Of a stretch of 64,000 nt of DNA, positions 44,801 to 63,679 are shown piece after piece. This DNA is from the human T2T-CHM13v2.0 reference genome, Homo sapiens. The position numbers and the translations under genes were made by a program. The stretch's first letter is position 1; the number at the start of each line of letters is the position of its first letter. The DNA is taken from assembly GCF_009914755.1 (NCBI RefSeq), contig NC_060942.1. One strand, 5' to 3'. The notes beneath the pieces were generated by a model. That model searched no databases, had not been told where the DNA came from, and worked only from the letters and a program-made list of their open reading frames with translations.

Positions 44801-45411
44801 TTATTTTGACTACATGTCAGAGCATTGTGCTTGGCTTTGTAGAAACAATGGTAAGTATTATACAGAGTTAACCCTTAAATTGCTCATAGTCTAGTTGGGG
44901 AGTCAGAGAAATAGATGTACATGCCAATACAGTGTGCTAAGGATATTGACAGAGGTGTGCACAGGGCCACAGGCTGTGCAGACGGAGCAGGTACTCAGGA
45001 CCCTGAGGCCCAGACTAAGAGAATCTGTGGCCCCCGAGCTGTGAAGAGAGGCAGAGGGAGTAACCTGCGGGAGGCTGGAAGCTGAGAAACCAGTGTTTTC
45101 CAGGGAAACTTTTTGCATGGAGTAAAGACTGTGAGGGTGAGCTGGTGGAAGATGATGGGGAAGAGATAAGCCTGGGGCCAGATGCTGGAGGGCTTTGTGT
45201 ACCAAAGTTAGAGATCTGTTTGGTCTTTATCTCTCTAATACTTAAGATTCCCATTCCTGCAAGGGTTTTAAGCTTTTTAAAGCCTTCTAGTAGGATAAGT
45301 AATATGGCAAAACAAAGAGGCACAATCATACATCTACAAATGAATGAATGAATGAATGTCTATTTTTATTATTATTTTTGGGGTGGGAGAACAGAGTTGA
45401 GCTTCCTATAG

Positions 45412-45650
45412 AGTGGTGGCTCTCAGCTGGGGTGATTTTGCCCCTCAGAGGGGACATTTGGCAATGTTGGAAGACATTTTTGTCATAATTGGGATACAGG
45501 GGGTGCTACTGGCATGTAGTGAGTAGAGGCCAGGGATGTTGCCAAAAGTTCTACCACATCCCTGAGAGCCGCCGACAATAAATTGTCGGGTCCAGAATGT
45601 CCATAATTGTCAGGTCCAAAATGTCCAGCTGAGGTTGAGAAATGCTGCTG
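45412..45650 (+). mobile_element. MER20
   Basis: GGGGTGATTTTGCCCC...GACATTTGGCAATG...GTAGAGGCCAGGGATG...GGTTGAGAAA. Confidence 0.8.
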
Positions 45651-46744
45651 TAAAGAGACAGTGAGAAATAGATTTGGAGGAGGAGGAGCACACCTTATAG
45701 TACGCCTTTAATGTCCCACAAGTATTTTGGACTATTCTACAGGCCATTAGAAAGCCAGTGAAGGTTTTTGAGTAGAGAGGATGATGAAGGTCATGTTTAG
45801 GAGGATTAATCTGGCTGTTGTATGCAGGATTCATTAAAGGGTGGGCGGGACCAGAGGCAGGATGATCATGTAGATGGCTGTTGTGATTGTTCAGACTCCG
45901 GTGTTAGGAGCTTGCATGATTGGGAAAAGAGGGAGAGAAAAATAATAAAAATTGATGGACACGGGAAGCCTGGTGAGGAAGCTATTTTGGAAGATGATAA
46001 TGTGTTTTTTAAGAAAACATTCATTTTAAGAAAAGAGTGCAATTCATACAGAAACATATCCTAGGCAGGAAAGAAGACAGGATTTGACTATAAGAGTCAA
46101 CAACCTAGAAGTGACAGGCAAAATGTTGGCAGTGGACTAGTTCCTGGGGGAAAAGGCCTGAAAATAGATCATGCTGTCTCCCATTTTAACTTTTTTCTTT
46201 AAAGAACCCCCATTCCCCAGCAATGTTGTAAATGAGAGGAATGGAGACAGCTGCTACTCCCAGGTAACCTGACTTTACCAGTATTCAAGGCCCTAAGCGG
46301 CTGTTTGTTGTGATGGGCCAGGTGCTTCTGGAAGGTTGACTCCCATGGGAAAACTAATCACTGAAAATGAGCCTGATCATCTTAATGTTTCTTGTTACTT
46401 TTGGTCCTCATCAGCCTAGGGAGTATATTTGTAATCAGGAACAAAATCGGCTAGACTCCCTCTTCTCGTGCCAACACCTGAGTTGGTGACATTGCATGGA
46501 TGTTTTCCTAGATCCTATTTTTATAGAATACTGATCACTGCCTTCCCTGATGTGGTTTTTTTCCCATGTCTTACTAGTATTTTTCTCTCCCGAATGCCAT
46601 ATTATCTACATAATTCTAGCATCTTTGCAGGTTGAAAACTTGATCTAAGTGTACAGCCATGCAATGAAAAAGATAGTGTTGAGAAAAATAGAAAGACAAA
46701 TAATTGTATTTGGTTTTTTAAAAAAGAAGGGCCATTAAAATAGC

Positions 46745-47230
46745 TTTTTTTTTTTTTTCTTGAGGTGGAGTCTTACTCCGTGGTGCAGGCTGGAGTGCAG
46801 TGGCACAATCTCGGCTCACTGCAATTCTCCGCCTCCTGGGTTCAAGGGATTCTCTTGCATCAGCCTCTCGAGTAGCTGGGATTACAGGCACCCACTACTA
46901 TGCCCGGCCAATTTTTGTATTTTTAGTAGAGATGGGGTTTCACCATGTTGGCAGGCTGGTCTTGAACTCCTGACCTCAGGTGATCTGCCCACCTCAGCCT
47001 CTAAAATTGCTGGGATTACAGGCATGAGCCACCGTGCCCAGTGTTGTTTTTTTTTTTTTTTTAATTTATTTTTTTTTGGTAGAGATGGGGTCTTGCTATG
47101 CTGCCTGGCTTTTTTTTTTTTTTTTTTTTTTTTTTGAGAAAGAGTCTTGCTGTGTCACCCAGGCTGGAGTACAGTGGGCATGATCTTTGCTCACTGCAAC
47201 CTCTGCCTCCCGGGTTCAAGTGATTCTCCT
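46745..47230 (-). mobile_element. Alu cluster: one full AluS and two fragments
   Basis: Reverse Alu sequences separated by T-tracts. Confidence 0.85.
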
Positions 47231-47711
47231 AAATTGGCTTTTTTTTTTTAAGTGAAGAATTACATAGTTAATGTTTTAAATGGTTGTCATACAGGAGATA
47301 CTGGCCATCTATTATTGATCTTCTCTAACAAGAATTTAACATAATAATACCATGTAATGTAAAAACACATAAGTTTACATGTGTAAACGCATTTCACAGG
47401 CTGGAGCTTAGAGAACTGAATGTTCAAGGCCTCAGAGGAAAATGGTGGCACTAGGGTACTGGTCAATCATTGTTCTTTCTGTGCCAGCTGCTATAGTGTA
47501 GATTGAGTTACTAGATGGAATTTGTGTGTGTGTGTGTGTGTGGCCAACTTTCCCCTCTCCTTTTCACAATTTCTACTTTTTCCTTGGAGATCATTCTGTA
47601 TCAGAACATATAGAACATCTTGTTATTCTTTTTAGTGGCTATACAGTATTCTATTTTAATGAATGTAGCTTAATTTGTTTACTTAGCATTTAGGTTTATT
47701 TTTCCCCATTC

Positions 47712-48829
<1,118 letters not shown>

Positions 48830-49464
48830 CAACCCATTAGTATTTTTAATGTCCTCTGGGCCTTCTGAACCTAGGAAAGGGCTAGCTTGTCCCTAGATGA
48901 GCTATGTTAGTAGCTTCCTGCCAATGGGGTGGACCCTGCCTTCTTTCCTTTTAATGATGTTTATTGAATGATTGGACAAGAGTTCCCCCTTTTTGTCGCT
49001 CTGTAAGAACTCCCCCTGAACAGAGGGAATCTCAGCCCCTGCACATCCTTCTGTCATTCTTTGCTCCTGCTATTTCTTCTCCCTTACTAAACTCACTTGC
49101 CTCAGACTGCTAATGGACAAATGCCATAGCCAGTTGATCACTCTGGCCACCAGCCTCCATTGTACTGACCCAGTTTTCACCTCTGACTTTCTTGGGTATC
49201 TGTTGCCATCCAGCCCCATCTAGAGTTCCATACTTTCATTTCCTTCTGGTCACCTACTCTCAATGCTGCTAGTCCTTTGTTTAGCCAACCATAATGATGT
49301 AGTCTACCACCTCTTTGAGAGTGTAGTATGCATCAAGCACTGTGCTAAGTGTTTTGCAGAAATGATCTCATTAAGCCTTTATAAGAGCCTGATTTTATAG
49401 ACGAATAGATGAATAAATTGAAGCTCAGAGAGGTTAGATAAATTTCCCGAGGGCAGATGGGTAG

Positions 49465-50733
<1,269 letters not shown>

Positions 50734-51797
50734 TAGAGGTGGTGATTGGAGGAGCTAGAACTCCATCTCTGTTTCACTCTAAACTGCATGTTGCTAATTG
50801 TCCTTGTGGTGGTACTAAGTGGACCTCAGTCTCTGGGGTTTGCTCTTTGGTGCTTTCTGGGGTTTGCCACCATCTCTCTCTAGTTCATGTAAATCTTTCT
50901 GTTTTGCTTTTTCTCTGATTCAAGTGTCTTTCTCTGCAAATTGCCCAGGTCTATTTTCTGAGGGATGGGTGAAGGGTAGAAGCCACTCACTATAGGGATC
51001 CTCAGGCATAGGGGCTGAAGCCCATGGTGATCCAGGTCTTGAGTTTTACCATTCAGGTGTCTTCTTCCTAAGGCACATGCACTCTGGAGCAAGAGGAATG
51101 GGGGCCGAGGAGGTGAAGAAGGAGAATGACCTCATATTGTATAGAACCCATCACTCCCATTCAGCACTCACTGCTCAGTCTGGTCCCCGCCCCCACTGCC
51201 CCACCCTGCCAACATTCTAGACTTCTACCCTATCCAGTGAGATTTTTCTCTCGGGCCTCTGTGTCCTTGTGTTCTGGCTTCTACTGGGTGTCTCAGGCCA
51301 GCAGATCCACACATATGTGAATCCTTCATACTGGTTGGACTCAAAAAATTGCCCAAGTGAAAAAAAATTTCCCAAGGGGTTCCCAGGATCTAGCAAATCA
51401 GGGGCTGCAACTAGACCCTTGTGTAAGAGTCCCTTGTGTAAGAACCATCTTCACTCGAGGCTGAACACATAGAATGCCGACAGGCTGTGTTGTAGCCAAT
51501 TGCACATGCTGACATTTCTGGGCCTTAACCTTGGTGTTGCTAAACCATCCCAACATAATCTGCCCCCTCATGAAAGCCGTGTTCTGTAGTCTTGCCTGAA
51601 GATGGGATGATGGACTAAACAGGCTCTTAATGTTGAGTTCATTTTCATCTATATTTCTGTCCCATGTTCCTTTACCTGGATTCCTGTCTTTAGTACTGCT
51701 GCTATCTCTTAATTGTCCAATTTAATCCCAGTACCACTGCCTTGGGCTGGGTACTGTTCCTTCATGACTCTCATTCCAAATAGCTTGGTTCATACCC

Positions 51798-52496
<699 letters not shown>

Positions 52497-53191
52497 CATT
52501 CTTCCTTCCCAACTGCCCTTCTCCAACATGGTTTATCCCACTGCTTGTCAGTCAGCATTCCCAGCTGTTACTCCAGCAGCCCTTCCTGACTCTCCTTTCC
52601 CCCCATCCCAACTGCAGAGTCACCTTGGACTCTGGTCTTGCCTTCTGGCCACTCCCCAGAGCAGATGGAACATGGCCGCAGCCTAGAGGTGTTTTGTCAG
52701 CAGAGCTCTGCTCTTGCTTCTCTGTTTACTGGAAGATGGGCAGGACTGAGAGTGCATTTATCTGGAATTGGAGGGTCTGCAGCCAAACACAGCAGGATAT
52801 CAACTCCATAGTGATTCAGTTCACTGTTTTTCCCAGAGTGGAAGTGGGAAAACAGGAATACTCAAGGTTGAAAGAAATGTCAGAGTCCTCTGATCTCCTC
52901 TTTAGCTCCTAGCTGTGGCCATCATTTAACCTACCTGGCCTGCAATTGTAGACCTGGCAAGATGATCTCTTTAAATCTCTCCCCTCTCAGAGACAGGTGA
53001 GTTTATACTACACGTAGGTGTCAGCACACACACGGGCAAACTTGAGGTTTTTGGAAAAAGAAGAAAAATATTTTTCAATAGAAGGTTTATTTTGTAACAT
53101 GCAGCACCAGCAATTTCTTTGGCTGAAAACAGGGTCAGTTTTCAAGGATGTGGTGTAGGGAGGGACACAGTGTGGTGCAATGGGCTTGGGG

Positions 53192-53870
53192 TCTGTCTTA
53201 ATCTGTTTGGGCTGCTACAACAAAATACCATAGACTGGGTGACTTATAAACAACAGAAATTTATTTCTCACAGTTCTGGAGGCTGGGAAGTCCAAGATCA
53301 AGGCTTAGGCAAATTTATTGTCTGGTAAGGGCTCACTTTCTCATCGATGGCTCCTTCTTGCTATGTCTTCATATGGTGGAATGAGCTCCCTTGGGTCTCT
53401 TTTATTTTATTACTTTTATTTTTTTCTTTGAGACAAAGTCTCGCTCTGTTGCCCAGGTTGGAGTGCAGTGGAACGAACTCAGCTCACTGCAACCTCCACC
53501 ACCTGGGTAGAAGCAATTCTCCTGCCTCAGCCTCCTGAGTAGCTGGGATTACAGGCATGCGCCACCGTGCCCAGCAATTTTTTTTTTGTATTCTTAGTAG
53601 AGATGGGGTTTGCTATGTTGGCCAGGCTTGTCTCGAACTCCTGGCCTCAAGTGATTTGCCTGCCTTGGCCTCCCAAAGTGCTGGGATTACAGGCGTGAAC
53701 CACGGCAGCTGGCCCCTTGGGTCTCTTTTATAAGGCCACTGATCCCATTCATGACCATATTCATCATTTAATCACCTCCCAAAGTCCTGACCTCAAAATA
53801 CCATCACATTAGGAATTAGGTTTCAACATGTGAATTTTGAGGGGAGAGGGGCACAAGCATTCAATCCCTA
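53192..53870 (-). mobile_element. MLT1A-like LTR hosting an AluS (53400-53714, -)
   Basis: AAATTTATTTCTCACAGTTCTGGAGGCTGGGAAGTCCAAGATCAAGG; Alu TSD CCTTGGGTCTCTTTTA. Confidence 0.82.
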
Positions 53871-55089
53871 GGAGAGACCCAGAACCTAGTTCTAGTCGGC
53901 TAACTTGTGTAACTTCAGGAAAACCACTTCACTCTCTGAGCCTAAGGGTTTCCCATCATCTGTCAGTGATGGGGCTGGGCTAGTGGTCTCTGGAATTCCT
54001 TCCAGCTGTGATATGCCAGGATAGGCAAGCAACTGTTAGCCTTCACCCACGCAAATAACCGATGGTATCAGCTTTTAGCCACACAGGAAAGAAAACACAT
54101 CTTTTCCCTGCCTAGGCTACCCTAGGTTTTCTCAATCTCGCCTTATTGACCTTTTTGAATTCTCTTCCTGAAAGCAAACTCTTCCTTCAAAGGAATCTGG
54201 ACAGTAGAACACAAAGGGGCTGCCCTTTGCTGTTTGTAAGCTGAGGTCTGGGAAACAGACCACAGCAGGCTCAGCAGCCTCTTCATTATGGGTTACCCTG
54301 AATATTGTATTCTAGAAACTTCAGCAGCCTCAGGCAAGCATTTCTATTTGTCTGTATTTGCCCTGGCCTTGAATATCTTCATGCTGGCTACCTTGTAAAC
54401 AGTGGTGCTTAATGAGTGTCTTGAAGCTCTGGGAGAGATTGATGTTTGACTCACATAAAAAGCATTTTCTCTAAACTTTTTTCTGAGAGACAGGGAGACT
54501 CTGTAAATCATTAAATGAAGACTATCTTAGTCTAAACTCTTAACAGGTCTCATCTTTGCTCTAGGCTACGTGTGTCAGGATTAGGCGAGCCTTCACTGTG
54601 AGGGGCTGGTGCACTGTGGCGCCTGTTAAATAGAGCATTAGGGATAGAAGCAGCAGGATTTTGAAGTGTGTTCAACAAAATGGAAGCTGAATGAAATGAA
54701 TCCACAGAGCCAGGTAACTGCCAAGGGTACACTTTTGAGAGAGGGAAAACTGTGGATTGTATAGTCAGTTTCTCTTCAGAAAAGAGCACCACTCAGGTCA
54801 ATTTAAATAGATTTGGCTACCCTCAAGGGATAGGTTGCAGGCATATTGCGAGTTTCATCCCCATCCCCATAATCAATATATTTGCCAATGAGGTGTCATC
54901 GGTCTGTGCATCCAGGGCCAGCCTTGAAAGAAGGGAAATTGGGATGATACTTCTTCCAAGGCCAAGTGCAGCTTAAGGGGTATGTGGGGAGAGGCTAGGG
55001 AGGAAGATCCCAGACCCAGCTGCGGAGCCCAGCCCTCTGCTTTTTTAGTTGCTAATTTCTGTAGGGGCGGTTTCACATATTTTCAGTAA

Positions 55090-55441
<352 letters not shown>

Positions 55442-56127
55442 CCATCTGGCTCTTGCAGTAGCATCTTCTCAACTTCCTCAACTTCACACCCCTGAACCAA
55501 CAGCCAGTTCTGTCTGTGATTCCCCAGGGTTGGCACAGCAAGTCAAGAGAAAGATAGGGGCAGTCTGCAGACACAGATGCAAGGGGTGCTTGAGGCAGGG
55601 AGGAGTTTCTGTTGTTATTAATTCCCCTTTCACTTCCCCTTACCCCTTACCTGGTCTCTGCCTGCTCAGTCTCTGTACCTTACTTGTAAGATCTATGTTT
55701 CTGAAGTCCTGGCCTTTCCCTGTGGCTTCCCTCTTCCCACCTTGTGAAACTTTTGATGGTCTTTAAAGCTTAATTCAAGTGCTACCTCCTCTGGGAAGGC
55801 TTCTTGCCTGGCATGCTTGGAAGCCCCTCATCTGTGTTCCTATCACATTTAGTACCTCTGTCTTTCAAAGAGTTTATACTGTTTAGTCAATGTCTGTTTT
55901 CATGGTTATCTTTCCCCATAATTTGCTGAATTCCTTGAGGGCACGAACAAAATTTTTTATTTCTATATATTCTAGACCTTTCAGTCTTGGCCCACAGTAG
56001 GTCTTGAATAAATGTCTATTGACCAATATGAATAAAGAGAATTTAGGGGGCCCATCAGAATCTCCCTGGGTAGGGTTTTCAATGTATACATTGCCAGGCT
56101 CCAGCCCTAGAAATACAGATGCTCTAA

Positions 56128-57152
<1,025 letters not shown>

Positions 57153-58486
57153 ATAGAGATGTGTTAGGAAGAGGAGATTCAGTGAGACATGAAACAAAAT
57201 ATCAGTATGAGACTAAAGTTCTCTGGTTCTTCAATAACAATAACTATCATTAATGATAATAAACCCCATTGTATTTGGAAGTATAGACACTACTGATGAT
57301 GTTGCAGATGTTGGAGGGAAAAGCCATGATCACACTCAGCTGATGGCAGTGTGCAAACAATCCAGCCCAGATCAGCCCAGCTTTTTTGTTTATAAATTGC
57401 GTAGACAGCATCTGCTTAAATAAACAAAGAGCCACCCTTGGGTTGTTGATTGTTGAAGGAGGGAGAGATGTGGAGAATTTAGTCCAGTGATCTCATTTTA
57501 GAGATGAGGAAACTAAGGCTCAGGGAGGGGCAGTGACCTCATGTGCAGTAACCATTTAATGGAACCGCCGGGCCTAGAATCGAGTTTCCTGACTCTCTGC
57601 ACACTGGTTATTCCTGAACAATCTACCTAAATGTTCCTAGGTTCGGGGAAAGTCTACTAATTCCCCCAAGAGTCCCAGAGTGTCCCAGTCAGCCCAATCC
57701 ATGCCCTACCCTGAACTGCCCAACCCCTTCCCAATCTTCTCCCACCTTTGCCTCCAGGGTTATTTTTCCAAAAGTCAGTGCCAATCAGGGCCTTCCTCCC
57801 CACCACAGAAATTTATGCTGGGTTCTCAGAGTAATAAAATAAACTCTAAACTCCTCAGCAAGGCACTGCAGGTCCCTTGCTTTGTGATCCAAGTGGAGCC
57901 TGCTCTGATGTCATCTCCCGTCCCTCTTCCATGCCCCGACAGACAGGGCACTGTGGCTTGCCTGCTCACATGCATTCCTGACCCTCCTCTTCTGTCTGGC
58001 AGAGCCCAAAACCTATTAGAGAGGTTGCAAAGGCTAAATGCTCTCTTTTCCCATTCAGTTGAACCCAGAGCATAGGGTTGTGAGCCAGCACTGCCCGTCA
58101 GGATGATGCCCATGGACACCTACTGTGGGGGATAGAGGTAGCTTTGGTTTTTCTCCTTCTAAAATAGAGGGATGTACATAGAGAGGCCCTTCCACCTTCT
58201 TCCTGGTTTCGGAGGACGTGGCATGAGCACTTGGTAATGAAGCTGCTGCAGTTATCTCGCAGTCCTGAGGGAGAAGGCCAAAGAATCCCAGAGAAGCTGC
58301 CCCACAGGCCAGATATCACCAACCCAGATCAACCAGCGCTGGAACTTTCCACAGCTGGACTTATTGTTATATAAAATATAAATATATTATATGGTAATCT
58401 ATAACAAATGACTAAATAATAAACTTACAAATTCACAATTACTTAAGTCTTCCATTACTTGCATGCTGACCGATACAATAGCTGTT

Positions 58487-58796
58487 CTTTGTTTCTTTTT
58501 TTTTTTTTTTGAGATGGAGTCTTGCTCTGTTGCCCAGGCTGGAGTGCAGTGGCGCCATCTTGGCTCACTGCAGCCTCCTCCTCCTGGGTTCAAGTGATTC
58601 TTCTGCCTCAGCCTCCTGACTCAGTAGCTGGGATTACAGGCCCCTGCCATCATGCCCAGCTAATTTTTGTATTTTTAGTAGAGATGAGGTTTCGCCATGT
58701 TGGCCAGGCTGGTCTCGAACTCCTGACCTTAAGTGATCTGCACGCCTCGGCCTCCCAAAGTGTTGGGATTACAGGTGTGAGCCGCTGCATGTGGCC
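58487..58796 (-). mobile_element. AluS
   Basis: Reverse Alu; TSD AATAGCTGTTCTTTG / AATAGCTGCTCTTTG. Confidence 0.9.
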
Positions 58797-59989
58797 AATA
58801 GCTGCTCTTTGACTGAATCGGGCCTCCTTCCCTCAGCTGCCTGCCCCCTCAGGAAATGGAGACGAGAGTTAAAACTACGGAAAAGCTCAAGTCTCCCCAC
58901 TGTATCCTGGACTTGCTCCTCATTCCTTCCCTTTGTGGGCCTCTGCAGTAGGGTTTCTGCTTCTACAAGGCCAATGGACACTCCAGAAAGGTAGCATCTC
59001 AATGCCCTGGAAGTGTTCTCTTGACTCATACTCACAGCTCCTTCCACCTAGCTCTAGACTCTTCTGGGCAAGGACTTCAGTTCTTGTTCTCTATTTTCTG
59101 TTTATGTAGCAATTCAGGCTTGACAGAGTCTGGGCGTCCCATGAGGAATTTTGGCTTCCTTTAGGAGAGAGTCTGCCTCCCACTCAACAGGGCCTCCTTG
59201 GACCACGTGAGGGCATGGCCTTCCCAATTCCACTCTATTTAGAGATTCTCACTTGTTGTGATCCTGGTCTTCATGGCTGGATATGGACATTACCACCTTT
59301 CACCTCTCTCCATGCCTGGAGGAACAAATTCTTTGCTCCAATCAAACCAGTTTACATGCATGCTTCAAAAATCAACCTTCTCTTCTTCTTTCAACAGTTT
59401 CCTCCACCTTGAATGCTCCTTTATACCAACATCTCCACCTATCAGAATCTGCCCCAATCTTAAAAACCTCATGCACATTCACATCCTCTGTGTGTGAATT
59501 TTCTCCATTCCAGCTAGAGAGCTCTCCTCCCTTTCAGCACTTGCAAGACCGTGCATAGCCTAGCAATTACTCAGTGTGTATTATACTGCCTTGTTTTTGG
59601 GTTGTGAACATGTGTCTCCCAGCTGGACTACAAGCTCCTGGAACCACAGTTTATATATCTTTTAAATCCTCTCCGGAGAAAGTGCTGCAGGTCAATCCAA
59701 GTCAACAAATATTTGCTGTGCTTGGTGATGATGCTATCTCAGGACTTCTTGTTATGGGGAATAATAAATGTAGCTATTCTTCAAAGATAATTTTATTTGG
59801 GATTGCATTTCCTTGCAACCAAGAGCACCGTACCTAATACATATACCAACAAAGGAAATAGATGTAGGAGTGGAAATGATTTTTCTACAGTTTATTTCAA
59901 CTTGGGTGGTGTATAAGGGGGAATGACTGAAAGAAGGGAGAGGGTAAGGATTGGTCTCATAAATATGTATCCATAATAATTTTTAAAAA

Positions 59990-60312
59990 GTTTTAAAAAG
60001 TTATAATAAGGTAACTATAACTAACAATAATTTATTATCTATTTCACAAGAGCTAGAAGAGTTGATCTGAAATGTTCTTAACACAAATGATAAATGTTTG
60101 AGGTGATGGCTATCTCAAGTGCCTGATTTGATTATTACACATTGTATGCTTGTATCAAAATATCATATGTACTCTATATATGTGGATATACATAACAATT
60201 CTACATAATACTATTATTAATATTAATATAATAAATAATAATAATCATAACAATAGTATTATGTACAATTATTATGTATCTGTAACCATATAAAATAAAC
60301 AAATTAGAAAAA
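59990..60312 (+). mobile_element. L1MA-like 3' end
   Basis: ATGATAAATGTTTGAGGTGATGG...GATTTGATTATTACACATTGTATGCTTGTATCAAAATATCA. Confidence 0.78.
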
Positions 60313-61434
60313 GAGTTCGTGTATGTGTGTGTGTAAAAGCCCAAAGCTAAAGGAAACTCATAGTGACTGTGTGTACAAATGTGGTGGTGGGGGGAGGAGG
60401 GTCATGAGGAGGTTTATTTAGGAGCAAGATTAAAATAATAAACTTCATGTTCAGTGCTATCCTCATATAAATTAGTAAACTCTGGATATTCTTTTAAGCA
60501 ACAAACATTTCTTGAGTGCCCCACGTTTGTGAGGTTTGGATAAGAATACTCTATTTCTTAACATTTTAACTTACCTCATCCAAACGAATGCTTCCTAACA
60601 TGAAATTTGATTTTACTCTCAATAGATAAAGAAAATAGTTTTTATTCTCCATTTAGGTCAAAAGCAATTTTGGCAGCAGTTCAAACACTTCTCAGGGCAC
60701 CAAAAATAACTAGAAGCATATCTTTGTGAATGTCTTTTTTTGGGGCAGGGGTTGGGGGCTGTTTTTTTCTCTGGTATTTTTCTTCTCTATCTTTTGAATT
60801 TTCTTTCTTTTTAACAAATTTTGCAGTTTTTGCTTTTTTTTTTCATCACATCTCTCTCTGCTTTGACATTGCTTGACAGTTTGAAAAACCTAGGTGTTCT
60901 TTCATTCCTCTCTGAGATGACGGTAACATTTCAATAATTCATATTAATGGGTTTGGGGAGTTGGAGTCCCTGGAGGAGCAGGAAAGCAGTTTGGTAAAGT
61001 GGAGGAAGCCTTGGATCTGAGTTTGGGAGACCTGGGTTTTCAAGCAGGATTTTATCGCTAACTGGCTGGATGACCTTGGGCAAATCACAGCTACTCAGAG
61101 TGTTCAGGCCCTTATCTCTAACAAGAAGGATTTGGCCAACATGCCGTCTAGGCATTAACATTCTATGACATTTCTAAAAACCAGCTTTCTATAAAAAGTG
61201 AGATTTGCACTTGTGTTTGAAAATATGGGTCTTTGGTGATAATTAACACTGGATTTAAAAGGCGTTTTGTATTCTGCAACTTTGTGGTTACTTGAGCTTT
61301 ATAAATGAGGACTGGGATTTGGGACCAGCCTTTCTCAGGTTGTCGTCAATCAAACACTGGAAACATTTCCAGATAAGAGTTGACTCTGCAGGAAATGGGG
61401 AGAAGAATAGTAACAGTCCTTGACTTGTGCTCTT

Positions 61435-61805
61435 TTTTTTCTTTTTTCTTTTTTTTGGTGGTTAAAAAATCATAACATTGAAATCTATCCTACTAGCAAA
61501 ATTTTAAGTGTACAGTACAGTATTGTTAACTATAGGCATGAGGTTGTATAGCAGATCTCTAGAACATTTTCATCTTGCATAACCAAAACTTTATATTGCA
61601 TAGCAATTCCCCATTTCTCCTTCCCTTTCAGCCCCTGGAAACCACGATTCTACTTTATGCTTTTATGAGTTTGACTACTTTAGATACCTCATATAAGTGA
61701 AATCATGTAGTATGTATTTCTTCTTCTATGATGGGTTTATTTCACTTAGCATAGTGTCCAACTTTGACAGGATTTATCTCTTTTTTAAGGCTGAATAATA
61801 TTCCT
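61435..61805 (-). mobile_element. L1MA/MB-like 3' end
   Basis: GTATAGCAGATCTCTAGAAC...TAGATACCTCATATAAGTG...GGCTGAATAATATTCC. Confidence 0.8.
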
Positions 61806-62217
61806 TGATTTGTATTCTAAATAGAATTTTTCTGAGTTTGATACAAATAAAATTAAAATTCATGTATTTTGTCTCAACACCCATTGCTGCTCTAATTCAT
61901 GGTGCCCTCAACAATGCAAAAACTCTTTGGGCAGATTTGCCTTGCACCCACTAGCATCTAAAGATGGCTTTCTTTACCTTTGGATGTGTTCCCAATATTG
62001 CTTGATTATTCTTTAATGATTTTTCTTTAATGATTTTAAGTTATAGTCAGGCTTATAAACAACAGAAGTCTTTGTCTGCAAACATTTTTTTAAATGGAAA
62101 GATCATACTATTTTGGAACAATCTAGATTCTTGTCTTGACTTTGTGCAGCCTTGGGCAAGTCTTTCCCATGATGGCTCTGAGTTTCCTCATCTGTAGAAT
62201 GCAGGCATTAGACTAGT

Positions 62218-62445
62218 TGGGTGGTTCTCAACAAGGGCAATTTTGCTTTTCAGTGGACCTTTGGCAATGTCTGAACACATTTTTGGTTGTCCTAGCAGGG
62301 GAGGGTGTGACTGGCATCGAATGGGGAGAAGCCAGGGTTCCTGCTGAACATCATACCATGCATAGAACCGTCCCTCCCTCACCCTCCAAGTTCTCGAAAG
62401 AATTTTCTGGACCTAATGTCAATAGTGGTGACATTGAGAAATCTT
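62218..62445 (+). mobile_element. MER20
   Basis: GTGGTTCTCAAC...TTGGCAATGTCTG...AATGTCAATAGTG...TTGAGAAA. Confidence 0.75.
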
Positions 62446-63049
62446 AGATTTCTAAGTTTTCTACCATCTATAAAATGCCACAACTCCTTCCATCTCATCA
62501 CTTTTGCCCTTCACTCTCTCGTGGGCTTGGGCCTAAGATAAAACTGTAAAGAGCTTATTTAATTTCTTCCTTGTCCTATAGTTTGTTCTTCCCAAGCTTG
62601 CATTCTTTGTCCTCTTCTTTCCCTGTCTCATCATGACCCGGGACAAATTTAAGAGGCATATACATTTTAACAAGGTTTAAATTCTGGGTGGCATCAGGCT
62701 GGTTTGAAGGAGAAAGACATTTAATCGGCCTAGGCCTTTGCTGCCAGACGGCTTTCATCTTGTTTTGAGTCCATGTGAGAACACTTCCCTGCCAATTATG
62801 TAAGCTGGGGACTGGGGAAGGGTGGACTACTGTTCAGTATTAAAATAAGGTGATGTTTAGTTTTTAGTTTAAGTTTTGAGCCACTGTCAGATTTTGTTTC
62901 TTATTCTTTCATATTCCAACAGTCTCCATCTTGTACAGAAGTTTCACATGCAAAAGTAAAACAGCAGCATAACTGCTCAGGTAGGTTTTAGTCCCAGAGA
63001 AACAAAAGCATAACATCTCTAATGTATACCTAGCATTTAAGACACAATC

Positions 63050-63678
63050 TTTAATCATTTATTTCTTGCGTGTCTATGCTAGAAATATAGCTGGTATCCA
63101 AACAGGAAAGACAGAACCTAGGTGTTATCTCTGATAACCTTCCTCTCTCTCATCTCTCATACCTAATCCATCTCCAAATCCTATCAATTTTGCCTCTGAA
63201 ATATTCTGCGGATCTACCCCTTAACTCAACCTCTTTCAATAACTGCAGTCCAAGTCACTGTCACCTTGTCCTGGACCACTGTCATGTACACTTAACCACT
63301 CCAAACCCATCTACCCTGGTCCCCTCCACTCTACTCTTCACATTGAAATACAATATAAGTCACTGTCTCAAAACACAAATTAGATCACATCAGGCCCTTG
63401 GATGAAACTCTTCAATGGCTTTTCACTCTGCTGAGGATAAAGGCAAAACTGCTTTACATGGTCTATGATCTACCTCCCTCCCCACCCTCATCCTCCTGTC
63501 CTCCTACCCACTCAAGTTCTCCAAATACATCTCATCCCACCTGTTCCTCATTTTTTCTACTCCAATGACAGTAGCATCTTTCAGTCCCTGGAACTTTTCA
63601 TGCTCCTTTCTACCACAGTGCCTTTGCACAGACCTTTCCTCCAGCCTGAATGCTCTCACTATCCTTACTCCTACCTCC
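63050..63678 (-). mobile_element. L2 fragment
   Basis: AAACTCTTCAATGGCT and GCCTTTGCACA...GCCTGAATGCTCT L2 motifs. Confidence 0.62.
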
Positions 63679-63679
63679 C

